Shown piece by piece: positions 8,951 to 17,755 of a DNA stretch of 64,000 nucleotides. The stretch is taken from NCBI GenBank assembly GCA_963770895.1, contig CAVYRF010000002.1:4128001-4192000 (forward strand), in the 5' to 3' direction. Under the pieces are notes generated by a model. That model made no database searches, was not told the DNA's origin, and saw only the letters and a list, made by a program, of their open reading frames with translations. Made by a program: the position numbers and the translations under genes. The DNA is from an uncultured Acidobacteriota bacterium. GTDB taxonomy: Bacteria; Acidobacteriota; Thermoanaerobaculia; Multivoradales; UBA5704. How positions within the stretch are numbered: position 1 is the first letter of the stretch; each line of letters starts with the position of its first letter.

Positions 8951-11392
8951 ATGATTTCAGATATCCGGCAGGCGCTGCGCCAGATGGCCGCCCACCCCGG
9001 CTTCACTCTGGTGACCGTCTTGACCCTTGGCCTTGGCATCGGCGCCAACACGGCGATCTTCAGCATGGCGCGGGGGGTGCTGATGCGCCCCCTGCCCTAT
9101 GCCCACGGCGCCGCCCTGGTGCACATGGTGCCGCGCATCTCGGGCGCGGTCGGCGACCAGGTGTACTTCCCGGTGTTGGAGGTGCTCGACTACCGCCGCG
9201 AAAATCAGACCCTGGCGGCGGTGCTCGAATACCACTCGATGACGTTCAACCTGCTGGGCGAGGGCGAGCCCGACCGGGTGCAGACCGGCGTCGTCTCGGC
9301 CAACTTTTTCCGCGGCTTCGGCATCGCGCCGATCCTCGGCCGTGACTTTCGCCCGGACGACGACGCGCCGGGCGCCAACCCGGTGCTGCTGCTGTCCTAC
9401 GACTACTGGAAGGACCGCTTCGGCGGCGATCCCAAGGTCGTCGGCAAGCGGCTGCGCATGAACAGCCGTGAGATCGAAGTCATCGGCGTGCTGCCGCGGC
9501 TGCCCGCCTATCCCGGCAACGACCGGGTGTTCATGCCGACCTCTTCGTGCCCCTTCCGGTCGTCGGAAGGCACCAAGTCCAACCGCAACATCCGCATGGT
9601 CAGCATGTGGGCTCAGCTCAAGCCCGGCGTGACGCTCGATCAGGCGCAGGCCGACATCTCGACGCTGACGTCGCGCGAGCTGCGGTCGTTCCCCACCGCC
9701 TCGACCGCCGGCCTGCGCGTCGACCTGGTGCCGGTCAGCCAGGAGCTGACCGGGCACTTCCGGCCGACGCTCCTCATCCTGCTGGGGACGGTGGCCCTGG
9801 TGCTGCTGCTCGCCTGCGCCAACGCCGCCAACCTCACCTTTGCGCGGCTGCTCAGCCGCGAGCGTGAAGTGGTGGTGCGTGCGGCGCTGGGCGCCAGCAA
9901 GGCGCGCCTGGTGCGCCAGCTGCTGACCGAAAGCGTCCTGACGTCGCTCATGGGCGGCGTCCTGGGGTGCCTGCTGGCGGTCTTCGGGCTGGACCTGCTG
10001 GTCTCCTTCGCGCAGCGCTTCACGCCGCGCGCGGTGGAAATCCGCATCGACGGCGTGGTGCTGCTGTTCTCGCTGGGGCTGTCGCTGCTCGCCGGGTTCG
10101 CCTCGGGATGGCTGCCGGCGGTGCAGGCGCTGCGCCACAACCTGGCCGCCTCGCTCAAGGAGGGGGCGGGACGCTCGACGGCGGCAGCCGGCAAGCGGCG
10201 TTTCCGCGACCTGATGGTGGCGGCGCAGGTGGGGGTGTCGCTGGTGCTGCTGATCGGCGCCGGCCTGATGGTGCGCAGCCTGGTGCGGCTGATCGAAGTC
10301 GATCCCGGCTTCCGGCCGGAGCGGGTGCTGACCGCGACGCTGGAGCTGCCGTTCTCCAAGTACCCGCCGGGCGGGCCGCAGATCGCCAACTTCTTCACCC
10401 GGCTCTTGCAGGACATGGCGACCGATCCCAACGTCATCTCGGCGGCGGTGTCGAGCGACGTGCCGATGGGCGATTCCGACCTGATGACGCCGGACTACAA
10501 GGTCGAGGGGCAGCCGACGCCGGTCGGCCAGCCGGCGCCGCGCGCCGACGTGCACATCGCGAGCGAGGACTACTTCACGACGCTCGGCATCCCGATGGGC
10601 GAGGGGCGCTCGTTCACCTCGCAGGACAGCCTGCACGCGCCCGCGGTCATCGTCGTCAACCGCGAGATGGCCAAGCAGTGGTGGCCCAACCGCAGCCCGA
10701 TCGGCCAGCGCATCGCCATCAACTGGGCGCGCCATCCTGAGATGCGCACCATCGTCGGGGTGGTGTCCAACGTCCGCCACGAAGGGCTGACGGCCAAGGA
10801 GCACCCGACGATCTACCTGCCCTTCCAGCAGCTGCCGGGCGACGGTTCGCAGATCTTCGTGCGCACCCGCACCGACCCGTCCACCTTCCTGGCCAACCTG
10901 CGCGGGGCGGTGGCGACGATCGATCCCGAGCAGCCGGTGGCCAACATCCAGACCCTCGAACAGGTGCGCAGCAGCGCGCTGGCGCCCACCCGGCTGATCG
11001 CCATGCTGCTGTCGCTCTTCGCCGCCCTGGCGCTGATCATCACCGGCATCGGCATCGGCGCCGCCGTCTCCTTCGCGGTCGCCGAGCGCGTCTCCGAGAT
11101 GGCCATCCGCATGGCCCTCGGCGCCGACGGCGGCAGCGTCCTGTCGCTGCTCTTCAAGCGCGCCATGGGCCCGGTCTTCATCGGCTTGGCCCTGGGCCTG
11201 GCCGTCGCCATCACCCTGACCCGCGTCCTGGCCAGCAGCCTGGCCGGCATCGGCCTCTTCGGCATCGGCGCCACCGACCCCCTGGCCGTCGCCGCCGCCC
11301 TGGTTGTCCTCCTGGCCATCGGCGTCGTCACCTGCTTCCTCCCCTCCCGCCGAGCCGCCAAGGTCGACCCAGCCTCCGTCCTCCGCCAGTAA
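8951..11392 (+). CDS. ADOP-family duplicated ABC permease (MacB/FtsX-like)
   Basis: DIRQALRQM..PGFTLVTVLTLGLGIGANTAIFS start, LLLACANAANL, RAALGA..RLVRQLLTES, IRMALGA, ..RRAAKVDPASVLR end. Confidence 0.95.
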   Translation: MISDIRQALRQMAAHPGFTLVTVLTLGLGIGANTAIFSMARGVLMRPLPYAHGAALVHMVPRISGAVGDQVYFPVLEVLDYRRENQTLAAVLEYHSMTFNLLGEGEPDRVQTGVVSANFFRGFGIAPILGRDFRPDDDAPGANPVLLLSYDYWKDRFGGDPKVVGKRLRMNSREIEVIGVLPRLPAYPGNDRVFMPTSSCPFRSSEGTKSNRNIRMVSMWAQLKPGVTLDQAQADISTLTSRELRSFPTASTAGLRVDLVPVSQELTGHFRPTLLILLGTVALVLLLACANAANLTFARLLSREREVVVRAALGASKARLVRQLLTESVLTSLMGGVLGCLLAVFGLDLLVSFAQRFTPRAVEIRIDGVVLLFSLGLSLLAGFASGWLPAVQALRHNLAASLKEGAGRSTAAAGKRRFRDLMVAAQVGVSLVLLIGAGLMVRSLVRLIEVDPGFRPERVLTATLELPFSKYPPGGPQIANFFTRLLQDMATDPNVISAAVSSDVPMGDSDLMTPDYKVEGQPTPVGQPAPRADVHIASEDYFTTLGIPMGEGRSFTSQDSLHAPAVIVVNREMAKQWWPNRSPIGQRIAINWARHPEMRTIVGVVSNVRHEGLTAKEHPTIYLPFQQLPGDGSQIFVRTRTDPSTFLANLRGAVATIDPEQPVANIQTLEQVRSSALAPTRLIAMLLSLFAALALIITGIGIGAAVSFAVAERVSEMAIRMALGADGGSVLSLLFKRAMGPVFIGLALGLAVAITLTRVLASSLAGIGLFGIGATDPLAVAAALVVLLAIGVVTCFLPSRRAAKVDPASVLRQ

Positions 11393-11408
11393 CCCCCCAG
11401 GAAAGTCC

Positions 11409-11438
11409 AGGGGCCGCGGCACGTCCGCGGCCCCTTTT
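11409..11438 (+). terminator. Intrinsic terminator after the permease
   Basis: AGGGGCCGCGG-CACGT-CCGCGGCCCCT stem followed by a short T run. Confidence 0.7.
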
Positions 11439-11487
11439 CCACCCCCCCACCAGAAGCCCCGCGCCGCCGGCGCAACACCTTCCCTCA

Positions 11488-11540
11488 TCGCCCCCCGGCC
11501 CGAGCGCGGTCGCGCCGTCAGGCGCGCCGCGGTCGGGGCA
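11488..11540. repeat. ~53-bp palindromic (REP-like) repeat, copy 1
   Basis: tcgccccccggcccgagcgcggtcgcgccgtcaggcgcgccgcggtcggggca; near-identical copy at 11931-11983. Confidence 0.85.
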
Positions 11541-11930
11541 ACCAAGGAGGCGAGGGGCACCTTTCCTGCCAGCGAGTCTCCACAGCTGATGGCGCAGCCT
11601 GGCCCTGCGGCCGCCCCACCCGAGGCGGCAGCTCCGGGGCGGCTGCCGGGAGGGCTCCCCTTGTCGTCGCGCTGCGGGCTCGTGGGGCGCCAGCGACTTG
11701 GCGGTGAGCCGTATTGCCAGCGGAGCCCACATTGCCTCGCCCCAGAGCGCCGCCAAGTGGACCCTCCCGTCAGCCGCCCCTCCCCGGACTGCCAGCGACG
11801 ACTCCGGCGGCGGATGGGTCGCCTGCGAATCGAAGGCACCGCCGGCCGCAAGTGCGTGAGTACAGCGCAGCTCACGCTCCAGAGCCAGGCCGAAGCCAAG
11901 GTGCCCTCGTCGCGGCAAAACCTTCGCTCT

Positions 11931-11983
11931 TCGCCCCCCGGCCCGAGCGCGGTCGCGCCGTCAGGCGCGCTGCGGTCGGGGCA
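11931..11983. repeat. ~53-bp palindromic (REP-like) repeat, copy 2
   Basis: One mismatch versus 11488-11540. Confidence 0.85.
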
Positions 11984-12056
11984 TTCCCGCCTCGCGACCC
12001 ACAGCAGGTTCCGGGGAAAAAGGCGAACCAGATGGGCAGATGACACATTGCACGCA

Positions 12057-12182
12057 CGTCCTGTCGCTGCTCTTCAAGCGCGCCATGGGCCCCGGTCCTC
12101 ATCGGCCTGGCCCTGGGCCTGGCCGTCGCTATCGCCCTCCCGCGTCTTGGCCAGCAGCGTGGCCGGGGTGCGCCGAGCCGCC
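12057..12182 (+). pseudogene. Degenerate duplicate of the 3' end of the ADOP permease gene
   Basis: cgtcctgtcgctgctcttcaagcgcgccatgggc..ggccctgggcctggccgtcgc..cccgcgtc.tggccagcagc matches about 11137-11247 with indels; then cgccgagccgcc matches about 11348. Confidence 0.85.
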
Positions 12183-12249
12183 GGGCCGTCCACGACGGCG
12201 GTTTCCTGGCAATCGGCGCGCAGGGTGTCGCATGTTACAGTAGTGTCTT

Positions 12250-12738
12250 GTGAGCAACCGTGAACTCGATTTGCGCCGTTTGTCGGATGGCATTCCCCAG
12301 ATGCCACGCAGGCTGACTGCGCGCGAACGCCTTGCGGATCATGTGTTCTTCTACCTGCAGATGGCGTCGTGGTTTACCTTCCTGGTTGGTGGCATTGTCG
12401 GCTATGCGGTCAAGGGTCTGATCGGCTGCGTTGTCTTGCTTGGCGCCGGCACGCTGTTCGGCTTCTGGATGCGCAGAAGCCTCGGCAGGCGAGGCCGAGA
12501 TCCATTTCATGGGTTCTTCCGGCGTCTCAAGGAGCGCGCCAACGGCTCCCGCCGCGGACTGCTCGAATGGGCTATTGAAACCTTGCGTGGCAGTGGTTTT
12601 ACGCTCTCCAAGTGCCAAGCCATCACTGCCGCATACGAGCGGGCCATGGCGCAGGGTCGTTCGGCATCGCCAGCGGAGAGACAAGTTATCCTCCAGCACC
12701 TTGACGCAGAGGTTAAGCGTATCTCCTATTCGAGTTGA
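12250..12738 (+). CDS. Hypothetical membrane protein
   Basis: 162-aa ORF with two hydrophobic segments in a lower-GC region. Confidence 0.55.
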   Translation: MSNRELDLRRLSDGIPQMPRRLTARERLADHVFFYLQMASWFTFLVGGIVGYAVKGLIGCVVLLGAGTLFGFWMRRSLGRRGRDPFHGFFRRLKERANGSRRGLLEWAIETLRGSGFTLSKCQAITAAYERAMAQGRSASPAERQVILQHLDAEVKRISYSS

Positions 12739-12754
12739 CGCGCAGGTGCCGCAT

Positions 12755-13735
12755 ATGTCCTGGTCGCAGCGCCGGAAAGTGGTGTGGCGCGTGCTCGTAA
12801 CTGGCAACGCACTGCTGATCTTTGCCGCTATTGCCTCCACGGCCCTGGGGATCACAGCGGCATGGAATGCAACCAAGACTGAATTCTTGCACGCTCTGGT
12901 GAGCCTACTTTTCACTTTCGGCTGCTGGTCGTGCAGCCTGGTAGGGTGTTGGTATGGAGGTCTTGGGTTGCTCCAATGGCGCGAGTCGGGGCGGATTTTG
13001 CATGGAGTTTCGTCATCGGAGAGACGGGCGATGTCGGCTCTGTGCCGCATCTCGGACGCAAATCAGGTGGTTTATGGCTCTCAGCCAATGATGCTGATCC
13101 CTGGTGCAATTGCCCTGGGTGCTGCTTTGCTATTGAAGGAGCCGCGTTGGCTTGGCATCGTTGTCATGATGGCTGGTCTTCGATGGTGGCTTTGGGTACG
13201 CACCACGACGCCGCCGTTTGTCCTCTTCCTTTCCACCTCACACTCTCGAAGCATAGAGATGCATCGGCAGACCAAGCGCTTGGTGAGCCCGCTGCGGGTC
13301 GTGACGCTGCTGGACCTGGGCGACAGCCCGTCCCGCGTCGTGGACGAAATCCGCCTGGATTGCTTAAGAAGCGGCAATGACGCCGATTGGTGGAACGTAA
13401 TAACGATTCTAATCGAGGTGACACCACTGATCGTCATCAACGCCGACACGGAAAGTCCCGGCGTGCTGAGGGAAGCCCGGTACCTGATTTCGGAGGGCCT
13501 TACGTTCAAGGCATTCTTTCTGACCAAGGGCGACGCTTGTCTCCTCCGACGCGAGCCAGAACCAGCCGCCAGCGCATCAACCTGTCGTGTTGGTTCTGCT
13601 GCGTCACTGCAAGAGCTCATCATGGCGATTCTCAACAGCGAGAAGCTTCCGGAAAGAGGGCAGACCCTTGGGCCGCCTATCCGGCACGGAGCTTTTCCCG
13701 GATCACCCGGCAGGGACTGCGGACCCGGCGTGTGA
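12755..13735 (+). CDS. Hypothetical multi-TM protein with a C-terminal alpha/beta (possibly TIR/NDT-like) domain
   Basis: About four hydrophobic helices, then PFVLFLST..DWWNVITILIEVTPLIVIN..SPGVLRE; lower GC. Confidence 0.55.
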   Translation: MSWSQRRKVVWRVLVTGNALLIFAAIASTALGITAAWNATKTEFLHALVSLLFTFGCWSCSLVGCWYGGLGLLQWRESGRILHGVSSSERRAMSALCRISDANQVVYGSQPMMLIPGAIALGAALLLKEPRWLGIVVMMAGLRWWLWVRTTTPPFVLFLSTSHSRSIEMHRQTKRLVSPLRVVTLLDLGDSPSRVVDEIRLDCLRSGNDADWWNVITILIEVTPLIVINADTESPGVLREARYLISEGLTFKAFFLTKGDACLLRREPEPAASASTCRVGSAASLQELIMAILNSEKLPERGQTLGPPIRHGAFPGSPGRDCGPGV

Positions 13736-13827
13736 CTGCAGATCAACTCTGGCGGTTTGCTCAGGCCGGGCGGGTCTGGTCGGTGGTGCGGCCCTACGTG
13801 GAAGCGATCGTCGCCGATGGCTCTTGA
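13707..13827 (+). pseudogene. C-terminal remnant of a type IV TA antitoxin (AbiEi-like)
   Basis: RQGLRTRRVTADQLWRFAQAGRVWSVVRPYVEAI resembles AbiEi C-termini; overlaps the AbiEii-like start. Confidence 0.65.
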
Positions 13828-14176
13828 ATCTCGCAACGTGGGTGCTTCCGTCCGTTCGCGTCTCCTCGACCGGGCTCGCGCCCATGGCTCCGAGTTCGAT
13901 CGATCTTTGCTGACGGCAGCGCTCCGCCGAACGTTCGAGCGGCGCCGTACCGCCTGGCCGGCGGCAACGCCGACCGGCCTTGGTGAAGCATTCGCGGCCG
14001 ATAAGAACGTGCAGTGGCGTGCGTTCCTCGGGCGCGAGCGTCTGGGCGCAGCGCCTGATGCGTTTTGACGCGTCATCGCAGACCTGCGCGTTTTCCTGGC
14101 GCCGCTGGTCGCCGAATACAAAGATGGCGAGCAGTGGATGCCTGGGGGTCCGTGGGCTCGCGAGGAGGGTGCCTGA
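13817..14176 (+). pseudogene. Internally deleted AbiEii-like nucleotidyltransferase toxin
   Basis: N-terminal NVGASVRSRLLDRAR joins directly to C-terminal AALRRTFERRRT..P.GL..FAAD..QWRAFL; in-frame TGA at 14066-14068, then RVIADLRVFLAP..WMPGGPW. Confidence 0.75.
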
Positions 14177-14220
14177 GGCGGCGCCGGTGTTCCGGCGCCG
14201 GTTTGGTGGTGGGGGCTGGG

Positions 14221-15327
14221 TTAGCGGGCTTGGTCGGGGGTGCGGTCGCGGTCTTGCCAGTCGACCATCCAGCCGGGGTATTCGATGGGGAGGGCGCTGG
14301 CGGCGTCGAGCTTGGCGATGTGTTCGGGAGCCAGGGTGACGTCGCTGGCGGCGAGGTTGTCGTGCAGCTGGTCGCGGGTCTTGGCGCCGATGATGACGCT
14401 GGTGACGAAGGGGCGGGTGAGGACCCAGGCGAGGGCGATGCGGGCGACGGAGAGGCCTGATTCGGCGGCGACCTCGCGCATGGCCGCCAGGACGGCGCGG
14501 GCGCGGTTGCGGTCGACGGGGGGGAAGTCGAAGGAGGTGCGGCGGCCTTCCTGCGGGCCGGTGGCGCCGGTGGGGGCTCCTGGGAGGGCGTGCCCAACGA
14601 CGGACGCGGGTTTGGCTTCGGCGGCGTCGGGGGCGGATGGATCGATCTCGTACTTGCCGGAGAGGAGGCCGCCGGCCAGGGGGCTCCAGGGGAGAATGGC
14701 GATGTGCTGGTCGGTTGCCAGCGGCACGATCTCGCGCTCGATGTCGCGGCCGGCGATCGAGTAGTACATCTGGGCGCTGACGAAGCGGGCCAGGCCGTGG
14801 GCGGTGGACAGGGTGACCGCCTGCGCCGCCTGCCAGGCGGGCAGGTTGCAGAACCCGACGTAGCGCACCTTGCCGGCGCGGACGACGTCGTCGAGGGCGC
14901 GCAGGGTCTCTTCGATCGGCGTCTGGCGATCCATGCCGTGGATCTGGTAGAGGTCGATGAAGTCCAGCTTGAGGCGCCGCAGGCTGCCGTCCACCGAGGC
15001 CAGGATGTGGGAGCGCGACAGGCCGTTCTGATTGGGGCCGGGACCGGTGCGGCCGCGCACCTTGGTGCCGATCACGATCTGGTCGCGCGGGCGCCCGAGC
15101 GAGGCCAGCGCGCCGCCCAGCAGCGTCTCGGATTCCCCTTCCGAGTAGACGTCCGCGGTGTCGATGAAGTTCACGCCGGCGTCCAGGGAGGCGCCGACCA
15201 GCGCCTCGGCGTCGTCGGCGCCGAGCGCGCCGATGGCCTGCCAGAATCCCTTGCCGCCGAACGTCATGGTGCCGAAGCAGATCTCGGACACGTACAGACC
15301 GGTGTTGGCAAAACGGCGATACCGCAT
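14221..15327 (-). CDS. Aldo/keto reductase
   Basis: MRYRRFANTGLYVSEICFGTMTFG, FIDTADVY, IDLYQIH, LPWSPLAGGLL. Confidence 0.95.
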   Translation of the reverse strand: MRYRRFANTGLYVSEICFGTMTFGGKGFWQAIGALGADDAEALVGASLDAGVNFIDTADVYSEGESETLLGGALASLGRPRDQIVIGTKVRGRTGPGPNQNGLSRSHILASVDGSLRRLKLDFIDLYQIHGMDRQTPIEETLRALDDVVRAGKVRYVGFCNLPAWQAAQAVTLSTAHGLARFVSAQMYYSIAGRDIEREIVPLATDQHIAILPWSPLAGGLLSGKYEIDPSAPDAAEAKPASVVGHALPGAPTGATGPQEGRRTSFDFPPVDRNRARAVLAAMREVAAESGLSVARIALAWVLTRPFVTSVIIGAKTRDQLHDNLAASDVTLAPEHIAKLDAASALPIEYPGWMVDWQDRDRTPDQAR

Positions 15328-15750
15328 TCGGTGTTCTCCCGCTGGGGCTCGGCGCCGCCGGGCGCCGGGCCTGCCCTGAGCCCCGGCGCCATCGTGGCGC
15401 CGGGCGATCAGTATCCTACGCGCAGGTGACAGGGGTATTGCCGGTGGAGGCGTGCGACCGGTCGGCTCGGCCCGGAGCGGCCGCACCGCTGAGCCACGTG
15501 CCTTGAGGGGCCGCCGGCGGCGCCCAGCTCCCGGTGCCCCTCGCCTCGCGGTGGCAAGCCGGTCGACGGGTTCCGCGAAGCAAGACGGGTGCGGGGGCAA
15601 GGCGGGTTGTGGGAAACAGAGGCGCGTTTTTCAGTTCGTGGTGCACAGATCTGTGTAGGGAATGCTCTGTTAGCCATGGATGGGAAGCGCGCCGGCTTCG
15701 GCGGAAGGGCGTGCTGCATTTGGCGCTTTGTCTCTTCAAAGGAGAATTGC

Positions 15751-16986
15751 ATGAATACGACGTGGGGGAAGCGATGCAAGTCCATGCTCAGGCTCTGGCC
15801 GGCGTTGTTGCTGATCGCCCCGGCCGGGGTCTACGCGGTGACGGCTCCCGATGCGCCCAGCGGCTTCGACAACCTTACCAACGGGTTCGAGGTGCAGGCG
15901 TCGATGGATGCCGATCGTGCCACGTTCGACGAGATCGAACAGATCTCCGACGGGCTGGGACCCATCTACAACGCGCAGTCCTGCCGCGAGTGCCATCAAA
16001 ACCCGGTCAGCGGCGCCACCAGCCAGGTCACTGAGCTGCGCGCCGGCTCGTTCAACGGCAGCACCTTCACCAACCACCCCGGCGGTTCGCTGATCCACGA
16101 CCGGGCGATCGACCCGTCGATCCAGGTGCGCGTCCTCGGTTCGGACAACGTGACGACGTTCCGCACCTCCCTCAACATCCTGGGTGACGGCTTCATCGAG
16201 GCGTTGCCCGACAGCGTGTTCACCACGATTCAGTCCGGCCAGCCGCGCGGTATGCAGGGAACGATCATCAAGGTCGCGGTGCTGGAATCGCCGGGCACCA
16301 CCCGCATCGCCCGTTTCGGCTGGAAGAACCAGCACGCCAGCATCCTGTCCTTCGCGTCGGACGCCTACCTCAACGAGATGGGGATCACCAATCCGCTGAA
16401 TCCCACCGAGGACACCTCCAACACGACGGACGTCTCGTACTTCAACACGCAGAACGGCGTCCCCGCGATCCAGGACCCGGCCACCCCGACCGATCCGTTC
16501 GGTCACGACATCGACGCCTTCACCCGCTTCATCCGCTCGACCAAGACGCCGCCGCGCGACACGGTGCTGGAAGCCACCAGCGACGCCCAGGCCGGAGCGC
16601 AGATCTTCACCTCCATCGGCTGCAACATCTGTCACGTCCCGTCGATGGTCACCGCTCCCGCCGGCACCTCGTTCAACGGCGGACAGTTCATCGTCCCGGC
16701 GGCGCTCGGCAGCCAGACCATCCACCCGTACAGCGACTTCCTGCTGCACGACGTGGGCACCGGCGACGGCATCGCGCAGGTCAGCCAGGCCACCATGAAC
16801 ATGATGCGCACGCCGCCCCTGTGGGGTCTGCGCACCCGCACCCGCATGATGCACGACGGAGAGAGCCTCACTCGCAACGACGCCATCCTGCGCCACTTCG
16901 GCCAGGCCAACCCCGTCATCGAGAACTACATCAACCTGACGCTCAACCAGCAGAACCAGCTGGTGACGTTCCTCAACACCCTGTAG
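15751..16986 (+). CDS. Secreted di-heme oxidoreductase (DHOR/DUF1111-like)
   Basis: Signal peptide; GLGPIYNAQSCRECH and GCNICH (two CxxCH); RFGWK; YSDFLLHD; RTPPLWG; HDG. Confidence 0.9.
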   Translation: MNTTWGKRCKSMLRLWPALLLIAPAGVYAVTAPDAPSGFDNLTNGFEVQASMDADRATFDEIEQISDGLGPIYNAQSCRECHQNPVSGATSQVTELRAGSFNGSTFTNHPGGSLIHDRAIDPSIQVRVLGSDNVTTFRTSLNILGDGFIEALPDSVFTTIQSGQPRGMQGTIIKVAVLESPGTTRIARFGWKNQHASILSFASDAYLNEMGITNPLNPTEDTSNTTDVSYFNTQNGVPAIQDPATPTDPFGHDIDAFTRFIRSTKTPPRDTVLEATSDAQAGAQIFTSIGCNICHVPSMVTAPAGTSFNGGQFIVPAALGSQTIHPYSDFLLHDVGTGDGIAQVSQATMNMMRTPPLWGLRTRTRMMHDGESLTRNDAILRHFGQANPVIENYINLTLNQQNQLVTFLNTL

Positions 16987-17224
16987 TCGCTGCCGTGGGG
17001 ACCGGTCCGGCCGCCGCCGGATCGGTCCAGCTTGCCACTCCGCCCACCCCCGGCCCATCGCCGCCGATCGCCGTCGTTCGCCGCCGTTTGCAGGCGTGCT
17101 CGTCGTGCCCCGCTCGAAAACAGAGCGGCGGGGGCCCTGGCCCGCAGCCGCAGTGCCCGCCAAGCCCGCATCGCTGCCGGTGCGGCGGTCTGGTGGCGGC
17201 CGGCGGTCAGGTGGCGGCGGGTGG

Positions 17225-17617
17225 TCAGGCGGCGGCTGGCGGGGCCGGGAGGGGTTGCGGGATTGGGGCGGTGATGGTGGCGAGCCAGTGTTCCAGGCCG
17301 CGGTCGCCCAGGCCTTCCATTTCGAGGAACTGGACGCCCATGCCGCGGGGCTTGCCCCATTGGCGGCGCCAGCGGACGATGGCCTTGGCGCAAAGGGGCC
17401 TGGTCAGGGCGATGTCGGTGCCGCTGTAGATGTGGAGGCTGAGGATGGTGCCGGTGGCGGGGGGGTGGCGGACGGTGACGAAGAGGCCTCCCAGGCTCAT
17501 GTTGTCGGCGACGCCGACCAGGTAGCGCTGCTCGGGCGGGGAGGATCGCTCGCAGCGGTAGAAGACCTGGGCTCCCTGGGCGAGTGTGCGGTATTCGGCG
17601 CGCTGGTCGGAATGCAT
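17225..17617 (-). CDS. PilZ-domain protein
   Basis: QRAEYR (RxxxR), NMSLGG (D/NxSxxG), GMGVQF. Confidence 0.85.
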   Translation of the reverse strand: MHSDQRAEYRTLAQGAQVFYRCERSSPPEQRYLVGVADNMSLGGLFVTVRHPPATGTILSLHIYSGTDIALTRPLCAKAIVRWRRQWGKPRGMGVQFLEMEGLGDRGLEHWLATITAPIPQPLPAPPAAA

Positions 17618-17755
17618 GGGCCACCTCTTGCGGTATGTGCGCGTCTCAGCAGGTGCGTAACCAAGCGCATCTTACCTGGGCAGGTGGTGCGGGGGAAGGG
17701 GCTCGCGCCGCGAAAGGGTGTCAGCCGCGGGCGACGGCGCGTGTCGGGGTTTGTC

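Noticed and set aside
11488-11983. CRISPR array
   Set aside because: Only two 53-bp copies about 390 bp apart and no cas genes.
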